A stretch of 64,000 nucleotides of DNA from an uncultured Candidatus Binatia bacterium (GCA_965213675.1 OZ243916.1:480001-544000); one strand, 5' to 3'. Positions 9,965-20,000 are shown, counted from the first letter of the stretch. The notes: generated by a model not told the origin, from the sequence alone. Program-made: numbers and translations.

Positions 9965-10849
9965 ATGGCAAAGACATCCACCGATCTCTTTCGCGTAACC
10001 CTTCTCGGCACCGGCGCGCCGCCGCCGAGGCTCGACCGGTTCGGACCCAGCACCTTGGTGGAGGTGGGCGGTGAGAAGCTGCTATTCGATGCCGGGCGCG
10101 GCGCTTTGCAACGCCTGTTCCAACTCGGGATTCCGTTCGGCGAGATCACCGCCATGTTTCTCACCCATCACCACTCGGACCACGTGGTGGGGTTCACCGA
10201 TCTCTGGCTCACCGGCTGGATCGGCATGCCCTGGGGCAAGCGCAACGTGCCGCTCAAGGTGTGGGGGCCGGAGGGCACGAACCAGATGGCCGAACACCTG
10301 CCGCTCGCCTTCGCCACCGATATCCGCGTCCGCAGCCACAGCTACCCCGCCGAGGGCGTGAAGCTGGAATCCACCGAGATCGAGGAGGGGATGGTCTACG
10401 AGTCCGGCGACATCCGGGTCACCACCTTCAAGGTCGATCACGGCGGCGAGCAGCTCGACGCCTACGGCTACCGCATCGACTTCCAGGGGCGCTCGGCCGT
10501 GCTGTCCGGCGACACCACGTTCAACGAAAACCTCATGGCCCATTCGCAGAATGTCGATCTGCTGGTGCACGAAGTGCAACACGGCATGGGCCAGGGTGTC
10601 CAGCGCGCCAACCTGGAGCGAATCCGCCGCAACCACACCATCCCCCAAGACGCCGGCGTCGTATTCACCCGCACCAAACCCAAGCTCGCCGCCTATACGC
10701 ATCTCCTGCTCTTCGGCGAGGCCACGCCCGCCGACCTGATCCCGGCCACGCGCGGCACCTACGACGGGCCGTTGGTGGTGGGCGAGGACCTGATGCGGTT
10801 CGAGATCGGCGATGAGGTGCGAAGCAGCCGGTTTACGCCGCCGGACTGA
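9965..10849 (+). CDS. MBL-fold metallo-hydrolase, RNase Z/arylsulfatase-like
   Basis: LLGTG, FDAGRG, THHHSDH, SGDT, LLVHE and HT motifs; RBS GAGGAGG. Confidence 0.9.
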   Translation: MAKTSTDLFRVTLLGTGAPPPRLDRFGPSTLVEVGGEKLLFDAGRGALQRLFQLGIPFGEITAMFLTHHHSDHVVGFTDLWLTGWIGMPWGKRNVPLKVWGPEGTNQMAEHLPLAFATDIRVRSHSYPAEGVKLESTEIEEGMVYESGDIRVTTFKVDHGGEQLDAYGYRIDFQGRSAVLSGDTTFNENLMAHSQNVDLLVHEVQHGMGQGVQRANLERIRRNHTIPQDAGVVFTRTKPKLAAYTHLLLFGEATPADLIPATRGTYDGPLVVGEDLMRFEIGDEVRSSRFTPPD

Positions 10850-10861
10850 ACCTCGTTCAGT

Positions 10862-11080
10862 TTACCGCGAGCGGAACTCCGCAAGGCGCGTGTGCTCCAC
10901 GAGCTGATGCATGTTTTGAAGCGTGAAGACCTTGCCCCGGGTTGAAAGAAGCAGCTTCTTCATGTCCTCGCGTCGGATTCCGAAACCTCGCCCGGCGATG
11001 CAGGCTGCCACTTCGAACCCAGGTTGGCTTGGTGGCTTCCCCTCCCTGCTCAGCTCGCCGAGATGTTGAACCCGTGTCAC
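10862..11080 (-). pseudogene. 3' fragment of a probable restriction-endonuclease-like gene
   Basis: VTRVQHLGELSREG...FEVAACIAGRGFGIRREDMKKLLLSTRGKVFTL resembles, from memory only, the C-terminus of PD-(D/E)xK proteins found beside DNA methylases. N-terminal part absent; lower GC than flanks. Confidence 0.45.
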
Positions 11081-11139
11081 CGGGGTCGGCCTTAAGCGCT
11101 TTCTGCCGCTTGGGATACGGACCCTAGTCCAACCTTCCC

Positions 11140-11676
11140 TCACGATCCAGTCAAGGCATCGAGTCTGATTCGACCCGGCCGGGTGAGCCGGCGTTTGTAG
11201 TGGCGCAGCTCCAAGCTGGCGTTGAAGGCCGCGAGAATCTCATCGTCTGCAGTTGCCAATTCCTCGCCAAGGTGCTGCGTGAGCCAGTGCTTCACATCCG
11301 ACCACCGCCATAATCGGTAACGGCTGCGGGGATCCGTGACCGGCGGAGGAAACCCACCTGGACCCCGTGCTCCAGTAATCAGGAGCCGCATCCCTTCCCG
11401 TGTGCGTCCGATACGCGAGGCGATGTCCGCCATGGAGACAAAACCTGCGTTGGCGATCCGCACCACGGCGACGCCATTGATACGTTCCAGGTCGGCCACC
11501 GCCGAGATGATGGCTTGGTCGAGGCCGGCGGCTTCCCGGTCGAAATCGACATACTGGATACCGTCGACCCGGCCGACCGCAGCATCGTCACATCCCGCCT
11601 CGAGAGCCGCGTCTATAAGGGCATCGTCCTGCAAATCGGGACCGTCAACGATCAGAGTGAAATGGTGTATTGGCAT
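11140..11676 (-). CDS. Putative antitoxin/DNA-binding protein (HicB-like N-terminus plus HTH)
   Basis: FTLIV...EAGCDDA...DFDREA...AIISAVADLE then VSMADIASRIGRTRE...GGFPPP...LWRWSDV; ATG at 11676. Confidence 0.75.
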   Translation of the reverse strand: MPIHHFTLIVDGPDLQDDALIDAALEAGCDDAAVGRVDGIQYVDFDREAAGLDQAIISAVADLERINGVAVVRIANAGFVSMADIASRIGRTREGMRLLITGARGPGGFPPPVTDPRSRYRLWRWSDVKHWLTQHLGEELATADDEILAAFNASLELRHYKRRLTRPGRIRLDALTGS

Positions 11677-11689
11677 TTCAGGTTTCCCC

Positions 11690-11765
11690 TGTCGTCCACG
11701 TAGGACTTGTGTGGACACCGTCTGATGAAGCGGCGCAGTTGCTCCGCGTGAACTCCGGTGCTGCG
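11690..11765 (-). pseudogene. C-terminal remnant of the cognate small HicA-like toxin gene
   Basis: Unlisted minus frame reads STGVHAEQLRRFIRRCPH, like the HAxQLRRxIxxCPH end of small genes that precede this antitoxin family; in-frame stop just upstream and no start codon. Confidence 0.5.
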
Positions 11766-11944
11766 ATGCGTTGCGCAGGGTCACTGTCGCCGGCCAGAGC
11801 ACGATGACTGGCAGGGGCGACCGCGGGTTGCCCCTGGCAGGACCCGCCACCGGGCGTGTCCGGGAACCGGGTCTTGTCGTCGTCCCCACCGGGAACCGCC
11901 TCCCCGGAAAGAAGGAGGGAGGTGTCCCGCAAGCTCCTCGGGAT

Positions 11945-13054
11945 CTATGGGAAGCCAGTCTCAAGGATGGATTGGAGTTTCGCGGGGTCGGCGCCCCTCA
12001 GGCCCATGCGCTCCAGGGTGAGGCCGGTGCGGCGGTAGTCGGTGCGGTTCATTTCGGACGCCAGGGTGATGAGGGCGTCGATGACCGGCGTGCCGATGCC
12101 CAGCAGGGCGGCCAGTTCGGCCATGGGGACGAGGCCGTGCCCGACGTCTTCGTGGACGTAGCGGTGGTCGTGGGTGGTGGGCGCGACGATGGTCTTGTTG
12201 GGTTCGCTTTCCTGCGTGGCCTGGTAGACGGAGCCGCTGGCGAGGGCCTCGCCGGAGGTGAGCCCCGCGCCATGGAAGATCTCCACGAAGGTGCGGGGCC
12301 GCAGCCCCAGCGCCCGCACGATGGCCAGCCGTTCCCGGTCCACTCCTTCGATGATGCGCGCCACAGCCGGCGAAACGGCCTCGCGGTAGAACAGCAGTTC
12401 GCCGCCGTGCCGCTCGATCCAGCCGGCGTTCCCCACCATGCCCGCGGGGTGCATGATGGCGTTGATGTTGCCGAGTCCGGTGTCCAACACGTTTTCGGCG
12501 GGCACGACGTTGGGGAACACCGCGGCTACGTCCGGCAGGATCTCCGGCGCGCGGCCGGCGGGGAAGGCCGCGCACCCCAGGTTGGCGGTGCGCCGGTAGA
12601 TTGCCACGCGCGCCGGGCTCGCCATGCGGCAGATGCTCGTCAGGGTCACGGTCTCGCAGCAGCGCACGGGCACGCGGCATCCCGCGCGCCGCAGTTCGTG
12701 CACGAAGTGCAGGCTGCCGCCGGTCTGTCCCGGGTTGAGGTGGACGATCTGCGCCTCGGTGAGCAGTGGCGCCAGCGAACGAGCCATGAACGCGTGGGCC
12801 ACGGCCGGAGCGGCGATGACGATGAGGTCCGCGCCGGCGACGGCCTGTTCCAGGCCCGTGGTCATGCGCCGCGGCCGTCCGAAGCGCACTTGGCCGTTCT
12901 CCACCAACTCGATGCCGCCGCGCTCCAACAAGGGCGCCAGCGTCTTCTCCGAACGGGAGTAGAGCCGCGTCTCGAAGTCCCGCAGGGCGAGGTCCGCCGC
13001 GGTGGCGCAGCCGCCGTTGCCCGCCCCCAAAATGGCTATCGTCCGGATGGTCAT
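11945..13054 (-). CDS. NAD/NADP octopine/nopaline (opine) dehydrogenase family protein
   Basis: ILGAGNGG Rossmann motif, LNPGQTGGSL, NINAIMHP, RYVHEDVGHGLVP, DYRRTGLTLERMGL. Confidence 0.92.
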   Translation of the reverse strand: MTIRTIAILGAGNGGCATAADLALRDFETRLYSRSEKTLAPLLERGGIELVENGQVRFGRPRRMTTGLEQAVAGADLIVIAAPAVAHAFMARSLAPLLTEAQIVHLNPGQTGGSLHFVHELRRAGCRVPVRCCETVTLTSICRMASPARVAIYRRTANLGCAAFPAGRAPEILPDVAAVFPNVVPAENVLDTGLGNINAIMHPAGMVGNAGWIERHGGELLFYREAVSPAVARIIEGVDRERLAIVRALGLRPRTFVEIFHGAGLTSGEALASGSVYQATQESEPNKTIVAPTTHDHRYVHEDVGHGLVPMAELAALLGIGTPVIDALITLASEMNRTDYRRTGLTLERMGLRGADPAKLQSILETGFP

Positions 13055-13178
13055 GGTTCCGAAGAGTCGCTCCCGTGCAGGCCCGCGGCTGGATGCTCGC
13101 CGGCTGGCTGTGTCAAGACTCCCAAGCCGACGACGCTGTTTGCGGTCATTCCCGCCGATCCCCGCGGCGAAGATCCCG

Positions 13179-14336
13179 TTATTTGTCCAGCCGGTAGCGC
13201 TCGATCTTTTCTTCGTCCAGCTCGATGCCGAGTCCCGGCCCCTGGGGCGCCTTGACCGCGCCATCGACGAATTCGAAGGGTTCGGTGACGATGTCGTCCT
13301 TGTAGTAGATGCCGGCTATGCGCCCGGTGGCTTCGGCGTCGGGGGTGGTGACGGGGATCACGCACGCGAGGTTCGCGGCGGCGGTGGATGCGGCCAGGTG
13401 GACGTTGGCGGCGTTGCCCACCCCCATTTCCACCGAGCCGTTGACGTTGCACGGGAAGCCTGCGGCCTCGGCGATGGCCGCGACCTTCCTGGCCTTGAGC
13501 AGCCCGCCGGGCTTGGTGGTGTAGATGGAGATGATGTCCGCGGCCTTCTTGTCGATGATCTCCAGGATGTCCCAGGTGGTCCAGGCGCTCTCGTCCGCCA
13601 TGACCGGCGTGTCCACCCGGCGGGTGACTTCGGCCATGGCGTCGAGCCCCTCCACGGGCTGTTCCATGTAGAGGATATTGTACGGTTCCATGGCCTTGGT
13701 GGTCCGTACCGCCTCCTTGGCGGACTTGTAGCCGTTGTTGGCGTCCACCGTGAGGTTCATGTCCGGCCCCAGGGCCTCGCGCACGCGCCGCAGAAGCTCG
13801 ATGTCGCGCCCCGGCTCCACCCCGCCCTTGAGCTTGATGGTCCGGATCCCTTCCTCCTGCACACGCCGCACCTCGGTCACGGCCTCGTCCATGCCCATGA
13901 GGCCGATGCTGTGGGAGATGGGCACCGCTTCCCGGTAGAGCCCGCCCAGGAGCTGGTAAACCGGCACCCCGGCCGCCTTGCCCACCACATCGTGAAGCGC
14001 CATGTCGATGGCGGCCTTGGAATAGGGGTAACCCTTCACCGCCTGGTCCATGAGCGTGTGGATCCATTCGATGCGGCGCGGGTCCTCGCCCGCGAGGGCG
14101 GGTGCGAGGATGTCGTGGATCACGGCCGCCACCGAGATGGGGGTCTCGCCGTAGTAGCGCATGTGATCGCCGCCCCAGTCCTTGAGGGCGGGGGCCTCGC
14201 CCAGGCCGATGACGCCGTCGTCGGTGACAAGCTTCACCAACAGGTAGACGCCGATGGGGGTCTTGAGATTCGCCCACTGGTGCGCCCGCCGCGTGGGCAG
14301 TCTGACCGGAATGGTTTCGATGGACTGAATCTTCAT
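13179..14336 (-). CDS. Enolase superfamily, muconate cycloisomerase-like enzyme
   Basis: GLGEA, AAIDMALHD, KLK motif, metal ligands VDAN/EQP/ADES, and C-terminal GPGLGIELDE. Confidence 0.9.
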   Translation of the reverse strand: MKIQSIETIPVRLPTRRAHQWANLKTPIGVYLLVKLVTDDGVIGLGEAPALKDWGGDHMRYYGETPISVAAVIHDILAPALAGEDPRRIEWIHTLMDQAVKGYPYSKAAIDMALHDVVGKAAGVPVYQLLGGLYREAVPISHSIGLMGMDEAVTEVRRVQEEGIRTIKLKGGVEPGRDIELLRRVREALGPDMNLTVDANNGYKSAKEAVRTTKAMEPYNILYMEQPVEGLDAMAEVTRRVDTPVMADESAWTTWDILEIIDKKAADIISIYTTKPGGLLKARKVAAIAEAAGFPCNVNGSVEMGVGNAANVHLAASTAAANLACVIPVTTPDAEATGRIAGIYYKDDIVTEPFEFVDGAVKAPQGPGLGIELDEEKIERYRLDK

Positions 14337-14374
14337 CTTCGCTCCGCGCTTGGTTCCCGCCAAAAACCCGTCGG

Positions 14375-14474
14375 GATGTCCCGTAAAATCGTTATAGAAA
14401 GCAATTTTATGTGAAAACTGATTCCAATTGGCTGCTGTCGTCGCGATTTGATCACTAAACGAGACACAACACTA
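14375..14474. repeat. Short AT-rich degenerate element with a TAGTGTTGTGTC-type terminus
   Basis: Right end ACGAGACACAACACTA overlaps the M24 gene stop; left TGTCCCGT is an imperfect inverse of ACGAGACA; AT-rich interior. Confidence 0.4.
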
Positions 14475-15587
14475 GTGGCCGATGCGAATGAGATGGTCCG
14501 TGCCGGTGACGTCCGATAGCAGCTCGCAGCCGTCTCGCGTCACCCGCAGCATGTCCTTGTTCTGCAGCCCCATGCGCCCGGGGATGTAGACCAGCGGCTC
14601 GATGGCCACCACCATGCCTTCCTCCAGCACCTCCTCGCCGTAGCGCCCGAGGTACGGCTCCTCGTGCAGGAAGACGCCGATGCCGTGGCCCACGAAGCTG
14701 ATGGGTTCCAGCCCCAGTTCGTTGAACTTCTCCAGAAACCGGCGGTAGACGTCCCTGGCATGAGCGCCGGGCTTGATCAGGTCCATGACCAGGCGCTTGC
14801 ATTCCACCAGGTTGTTCCAGATGCGCGCCTGCTCGGCTGTGGGCTCGCCCACCACCGCCGTCCGGCAAACGCCCGCGTGATAGCCGTCCAGGACCCCGAA
14901 GATCTCCATGCGGATCAGGTCGCCTTGCCGCAGCGCCCGGTCCGTGGGGCCGACGTTGGGAAACTGGCTGCGCTCGCCCGAGGCGATGATCATGAGCTTG
15001 AAGTGCTGCGCCCCGCCCGCGAAGATTCGTCCGGTCAGTTCACCCGCCAACTCCATCTCGGTCATGCCGGGCCGCGCGTGGGCCAGGGTCCCGCCGATGG
15101 CTGAATCCGTGATCCGGCTCAGGCCGCGCAAAAGCCCGATTTCCCGTGGAGTCTTGACCTGGCGGAGCTTCCCGAAGAGTCCGTCCGCGGCCACGAAGTC
15201 GACCCCGGGCAGCAGCCCGCGCAGGGTGGCGAAGTCGCCGGCGGGAAGATACGCCATCTCCACGCCCACCCGCGCTCCCGCCCACCCGCGCGCCGCCACG
15301 GCGGCAGCCACCTCGCGCATGGGATCGTCGGTGAACTCCCGGTACACGCGGATGTCGTCGAAGGCGGCGTGCGCCTTGACCGTGGTCTCCTCCATGTCGA
15401 TGGCGACCATGGTGGTGTGGCCCGACCGGTCCACGAGACACATGGCGTGCCGCCAGCGCATGAGGAGTTGCGAGGGCACCACGAACCCGGTGGTGTAGGC
15501 GAGGTTCTCGGGGGAGCTGGCAATGAGGGCGTCGAGCCCCCGCTCCTCCATGGCGTTCCGCTGTTTTGCGATGATGTCCGCGTCCAT
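14472..15587 (-). CDS. M24 Xaa-Pro peptidase/creatinase-like hydrolase
   Basis: Creatinase N-terminal domain (GLDALIASSPENLAYTTG), LRQVKTPREI, GHGIG..LHEEP and AIEP motifs. Confidence 0.88.
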   Translation of the reverse strand: MDADIIAKQRNAMEERGLDALIASSPENLAYTTGFVVPSQLLMRWRHAMCLVDRSGHTTMVAIDMEETTVKAHAAFDDIRVYREFTDDPMREVAAAVAARGWAGARVGVEMAYLPAGDFATLRGLLPGVDFVAADGLFGKLRQVKTPREIGLLRGLSRITDSAIGGTLAHARPGMTEMELAGELTGRIFAGGAQHFKLMIIASGERSQFPNVGPTDRALRQGDLIRMEIFGVLDGYHAGVCRTAVVGEPTAEQARIWNNLVECKRLVMDLIKPGAHARDVYRRFLEKFNELGLEPISFVGHGIGVFLHEEPYLGRYGEEVLEEGMVVAIEPLVYIPGRMGLQNKDMLRVTRDGCELLSDVTGTDHLIRIGH

Positions 15588-15876
15588 GGAATGCAGTTCC
15601 GGGTCTCCGCCCCGAATCGGGGTCGGCCTGCGAGCATACCGGCCGCCCCCGTCCTCATCAACTGCGCGTCGCCGCGCGTGCAGGCCGCGTTCCGGGACGA
15701 CGTGGGTGCGCGGGCGCCGCGCATGCAGGAAGCGCGGGCCGCGGCGCGCGACACGGACGCCCTCCGCCACTCCGGGTTGCCTGCATCCGCGGGAAACCGC
15801 GTATGCGGAAGCGGCTTTTCAACGAGGATTCCATCGTATAGGCTCGACGAGATTTGTCCAACGAAAGGAAACCCGC

Positions 15877-16965
15877 ATGCTGCTGATCAACAATCAGGAA
15901 GTCGAAAAGCTGATGGACATGAAGGCTTGTCTCGAGGCGTTGGAAACGGGCTACGAGGATCTTGCGCGCAACGACGCGGTTTACCGGCCGCGGCTCGACG
16001 TGTGGGTGCCGTGCGAGCGTCCGGACGGCTACTACCGCTGGGGCACCATGGAGGGCGCGAGCCGCACCATCGGCACCTTCGCCATCCGGATGAAGTCCGA
16101 TATCGTGCACTGGCCCGGCGGCGACACCGAGGAGAAGTACTGCATGGAGCCGGGCAATTACTGCGGGCTCATCATGGTTTTCAGCGTGGCCAATGGCGAG
16201 CCTCTGGCCATCGTCAACGACGGCGTGCTCCAGCACATGCGCGTGGGCGGTTGCGCCGGACTGGGCGCCAAGCTGCTGGCGCGGGAGGATGCCTCGGTGG
16301 TGGGCATGTTGGGGTCGGGCGGCATGGCCGAGACCTATCTCATGGCGTTCAACGAGGTGCGGAAGCTGGAGGAAGTGCGGGTCTACAGCCCCACCCGGGC
16401 CAACCGGGACCGGTACGCGGGGAAGATGAGCGAGATGCTCGGACTCAAGGTCACGGCCATGGACCGGCCCGAGGACGTGGTGCGCGGGGCGGACATCGTC
16501 TCGGCGTGCACGGATTCGACGCGGGTGGTGTTCGACAGTCCCGAGTGGCTCAAGCGCGGCGCCCACGTCACCTGTGTGCGCGCCTGCGAGATCGGCCCCC
16601 GGGTGGTGGAGGTGTGCGGCGTTTCCGTCAAGCTGGGGCGCAACACCGTGGTGACGACGGACGAGGGCATGGTCCGGCTCCACGGCAATGTGGGTTACGT
16701 GGCCGGGCAGCCCGAGGAGATCGCGCGCATCCCGAACCCGGTGCAGGACAACTACACCGGCGACTACTTCCACTACTTCATGGACGTGAAGCTGGGCCGC
16801 CAGCCGGGCCGGACCCATGACGACCAGACCACGTTCTTCATCAACGCCGGCACCCAGGGGCTCCAATTCGCCGCCTGCGCCGGGCGCGTCTACCAGATGG
16901 CCCGGGAGAAGGGGATGGGGCGCGAACTGCCCACGGAGTGGTTTACCCAGGACATCCGGGACTGA
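15877..16965 (+). CDS. Ornithine cyclodeaminase/mu-crystallin family protein
   Basis: GEPLAIVND...MRVG, VGMLGSGGMA, VYSPT and GLQFAA motifs; RBS AAAGGA before ATG 15877. Confidence 0.88.
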   Translation: MLLINNQEVEKLMDMKACLEALETGYEDLARNDAVYRPRLDVWVPCERPDGYYRWGTMEGASRTIGTFAIRMKSDIVHWPGGDTEEKYCMEPGNYCGLIMVFSVANGEPLAIVNDGVLQHMRVGGCAGLGAKLLAREDASVVGMLGSGGMAETYLMAFNEVRKLEEVRVYSPTRANRDRYAGKMSEMLGLKVTAMDRPEDVVRGADIVSACTDSTRVVFDSPEWLKRGAHVTCVRACEIGPRVVEVCGVSVKLGRNTVVTTDEGMVRLHGNVGYVAGQPEEIARIPNPVQDNYTGDYFHYFMDVKLGRQPGRTHDDQTTFFINAGTQGLQFAACAGRVYQMAREKGMGRELPTEWFTQDIRD

Positions 16966-17053
16966 GGCGCGCCCTGCGGGATTGATGCAGGGCCCGGGGA
17001 GGGCCACCGCCGGTCGCCCCGGCACGGAAGGGCCCGGAGGCAGGGGGGAACCC

Positions 17054-20000
17054 ATGACGTACACACGGTCTGTGCGGTCGCTGTTGACTTGGCTGGTTCT
17101 CGGGGTGCTTCTGGGCGGCGCGGACGCCTTGGCTCAGGGGCGCGCGGACGCGGCTTTTCCGGACTATCGCCACACGGACATGGAGCGTCGTCTTCGGACG
17201 GACGCGGCGCTTCCGCGCAGGCCGTCGGCGGCCAAGGTGCTGGCGGCCCAGGCGCGGGCCAAGGCCGCGGTGCGGACGCGTCGCGAAGTCGAACTGACGC
17301 AAGCGGCCAGAGACCTCGTGTTCCACGCGCAGGACGCCGCCACCGGTTGGAGCAAGGCTGCGGCAGCCTGGGCGGGATTGTCCCGTTCGTGGCGCGTCCA
17401 TCACCGCGATTTGAAGCGCGCGGAGGCGTCCTGGATGCTGCGCCGGGAAGCGGAACGCAGGGCGTACGCGGCTTTGGCGGAATCGGCCTACAGCCTGTAT
17501 GCCGCCTATCGGTCGACCTCGGATACCGTTCGCGCGGGCCGACTGCTCATCGCGTTCGGCAACGTCCAGGACACCCGTGAGCATTACGTGAGCGCGGAGT
17601 TGGCGCTGTCCGCCGGCCTTGGCGTCAGGGAAGACGCCGGCGCGGCCAAACGGTTGGCGCGCATTCGCGCAGAGCAGGGCTTCCGCATTGCCGGTGTGCG
17701 TGAGGACGGGGACCGGGAGGATCCCCGGATCTGCCTGGCCATGAGCGCCGCGGTGGCGGCAAGGCACCGGCGCCATATCGAGGATTACATCGTCCTCGAA
17801 CCGGATCGCGGGGACCATCCCATGGCGCTGCGCGACGCCACCGTGTGCATCGGCAATGTCGAGCGCGGCGCGAACTACACCGTGGCCGTGCGCGAGGGTC
17901 TTCGCGACGTCGATGGCAGGACCGTGGTCCCGGGCCGGCGGACGGTCAAGGTGCCGGACCGTCCAGGGAGCATCCGCTTCTCACGGGGGCGGTACGTGCT
18001 CCCGGCCGCGGGCAGCGCGGGTCTCCCGATGACCACCGTCAACGTGGACAGGGTGTCGCTGACCGCGCTACGCATCACCGACGGCAACCTTGTGGAACAG
18101 GTGATGGAACAACGCCTGGGGCGGGACCTCGACGGCTACGACCTGCGCCGGATCGCCGAAGAATCGGGCGAGCATCTCTGGCAAGGCATCCTTCCCATCG
18201 AGGGCGCGCGCAACCGGGAAGTCCTGACTCACGTGACGCTGGACTTCCTCGGACCGGAGCGCAAGCCCGGGGTGTACGTGCTGGCGGCCACGAATCCGGA
18301 CGTGGCGTACCGCTTCTACCAGGATCGCGCCGTTCAGTGGTTCGTGGTTTCGGACATCGGGCTTGTGGCCATGCGCGGGGCCGATGGCCTGTCCGTCTTT
18401 GCCCGCTCCCTTGCCACCGCCGAGCCCCTGGCCGGAGTGAAGCTCTCGCTTCAGGCGCGCAACGAGGACATTCTGGGGAACCTCGACACCGATGTCCACG
18501 GGCGGGCGACGTTCGCGGCCGGGCTGCTCCGGGGAACGGGCGGGCGCAAGGCCGTGCTCCTGCGGGCGCGCGCCGGCCACGGCGACCACACGTTCCTGTC
18601 CCTCGACCGTCCGGGCTTTGATCTGTCGGACCGTGGCGTGGGCGGCCGCGCGGCGCCGGGCCCGGTGCAGGCCTGGCTCTACACCGACCGCGGCATCTAC
18701 CGGCCCGGCGAAACGGTCCACCTCACCGCGCTGGTGCGGGACGATGAAGGACGGGCCATCGCCGATCTTCCCCTGGAGCTGGCGGTGGTGCGGCCCGACG
18801 GCGTCCAGGCGCGCGCCTACCCGGTGCGCAGCGATCACACCGGTGCGATTCCCGCCGACCACCGGGTGTCCGACAACGCCGTCACCGGCGCCTGGCGATT
18901 CCTCCTGCGCGTGCCCGGGGACGCGGCGCTGGTGGGAACGCGGTCGGTGCAGGTCCAGGATTTTGTCCCACCCCGCGTGGAGGTGGCGCTGAAGGCCCCG
19001 GAGTCCCTGGATGGTCGAACTCCGGCTCAGGTCACCGTCAGCGCGCGTTTCCTTTACGGCGCTCCCGCGGCCGGCCTGCGCGCCCAGGGAAGGGTCCAGG
19101 TGGAAGTCGCCCCCGAACCTTTCGCCGGGTGGTCCGGTTACCGTTTCGGCCCGGTGGAAGACGTGCCGTTGCCCGCGCGCTCGGACCTGCCGGAAGCGCG
19201 CACCGGGGAGGACGGCACGGCCACCCTGCCCCTGCAACTCCCCGCAGTGGTCGAAGGCGGGCATCCCCTGCGGGTCCGCGTCGACGCCGGCGTTCTGGAC
19301 CGCGGTGGCCGGGCCGTGGGCGCCACCGTCGTTCTTCCCGTGCGGGATGATCGGAAGCGCATCGCCATTCGGCCTCGATCCAAGGGCACGGTGGCCGTGG
19401 GACAAGCGGCCGTGTTCGATGTGGCGGTGGTGGACGGCGCTGGCGCATCGGTGAGCCGCGGCGATCTGACGTGGCGGCTTTACCGGGAGGAGCGTGAGTG
19501 GTTCCAATACATGAGGACCGGCGGTGAATGGGCGTACCGCGAAGTCGCCATGGACACCACGGTGGACGGCGGCACGGTCGCGACCCGCGCGGGAACCATG
19601 GAACCGGCGCGGATCACGGTGGCGCCGGATTGGGGAAGCTACCGCCTGGAGGTCACGGATCCCGGCGACGCGGGCGCTTTCCGCGCCAGCGTGCGCTTTC
19701 GCGTGGGTTGGAGCGGCCCCAGGGGAAGCCCCGACATTCCCGACATGATGACGGTACGGCTGGATCGTCCGCGCTATGCGCCCGGCGACACCGCCACCGT
19801 GCGACTGGAGTCGCCCTTTGACGGCAACGCCATCGTCACGGTCCTGACGGACCGTGTGGCGCAAACGCACGTCGTCCGAATCGCCGCCGGCCGGGCGACG
19901 TTGGCGATTCCGGTGGAACGCTGGACGGCCGGCGCCTACGTGGCGGCCACCGCGTTCCGCCCGGCGCCGCCGGACGCCGCACAGGGGCCGGGGCGGGCCG

